Assembly (NCBI GenBank): GCA_010909165.1
Contig: VJWM01000016.1
Span: 1 to 64,000, forward strand
Direction of reading: 5' to 3'
DNA length: 64,000 nucleotides
Source of the DNA: Anthoceros angustus
Taxonomy: Eukaryota > Plantae > Anthocerotophyta
A model generated the notes under the pieces. It did not search any database. It was not told where the DNA came from and saw nothing but the letters and a program-made list of their open reading frames with translations. Below, piece by piece: positions 63,938-64,000 of the stretch (positions are counted from its first letter, which is position 1; every line of letters begins with the position of its first letter). Both the position numbers and the translations under genes were made by a program.

Positions 63938-64000
63938 TGCGGGAATCCGTGGGCAACCCTTGAAAGAAGCCCTGGCCTGTACAACCAATTCATCGACCCA

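Noticed and set aside
62356-63993. Long alternative-frame and antisense ORFs over gene B (up to 318 aa)
   Set aside because: Same shadow-ORF effect. Only the frame with a signal peptide and repeats is conserved with gene A.
1-64000. rRNA, tRNA or prokaryotic operons
   Set aside because: None recognised. The only tRNA-related sequences are the two primer-binding sites.

Overview
Eukaryotic nuclear DNA, most likely from a green plant lineage (short GT-AG introns, a clan-71-type P450, Ser-Pro-rich wall-protein modules, plant-type Ty1/Ty3 elements). The exact organism cannot be determined from the sequence. The left ~39 kb is a stack of decayed, nested mobile elements: a minus-strand Athila-like Ty3/gypsy element (gag-PR-RT-RH-IN plus a 3' extra ORF), and a minus-strand Ty1/copia element interrupted by a 7.2-kb DNA transposon with 30-bp CCCTA-ended TIRs and a 3-bp TSD. 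The right ~24 kb holds the intact genes: a two-exon CYP77/CYP89-like P450; an intronless ORF with a divergent AP2-like C-terminus inside an AT-rich island; two paralogous secreted proteins (signal peptide, Ser-Pro-rich tract, 2 or 3 copies of a ~145-aa probable beta-trefoil domain); and a five-exon gene for a 505-aa protein with three ~100-110-aa probable beta-barrel repeats fused to a fascin-like beta-trefoil domain. The last three genes are the best candidates for an undescribed lectin-like or defence system. Fold and family assignments come from motif recognition by eye and were not searched.
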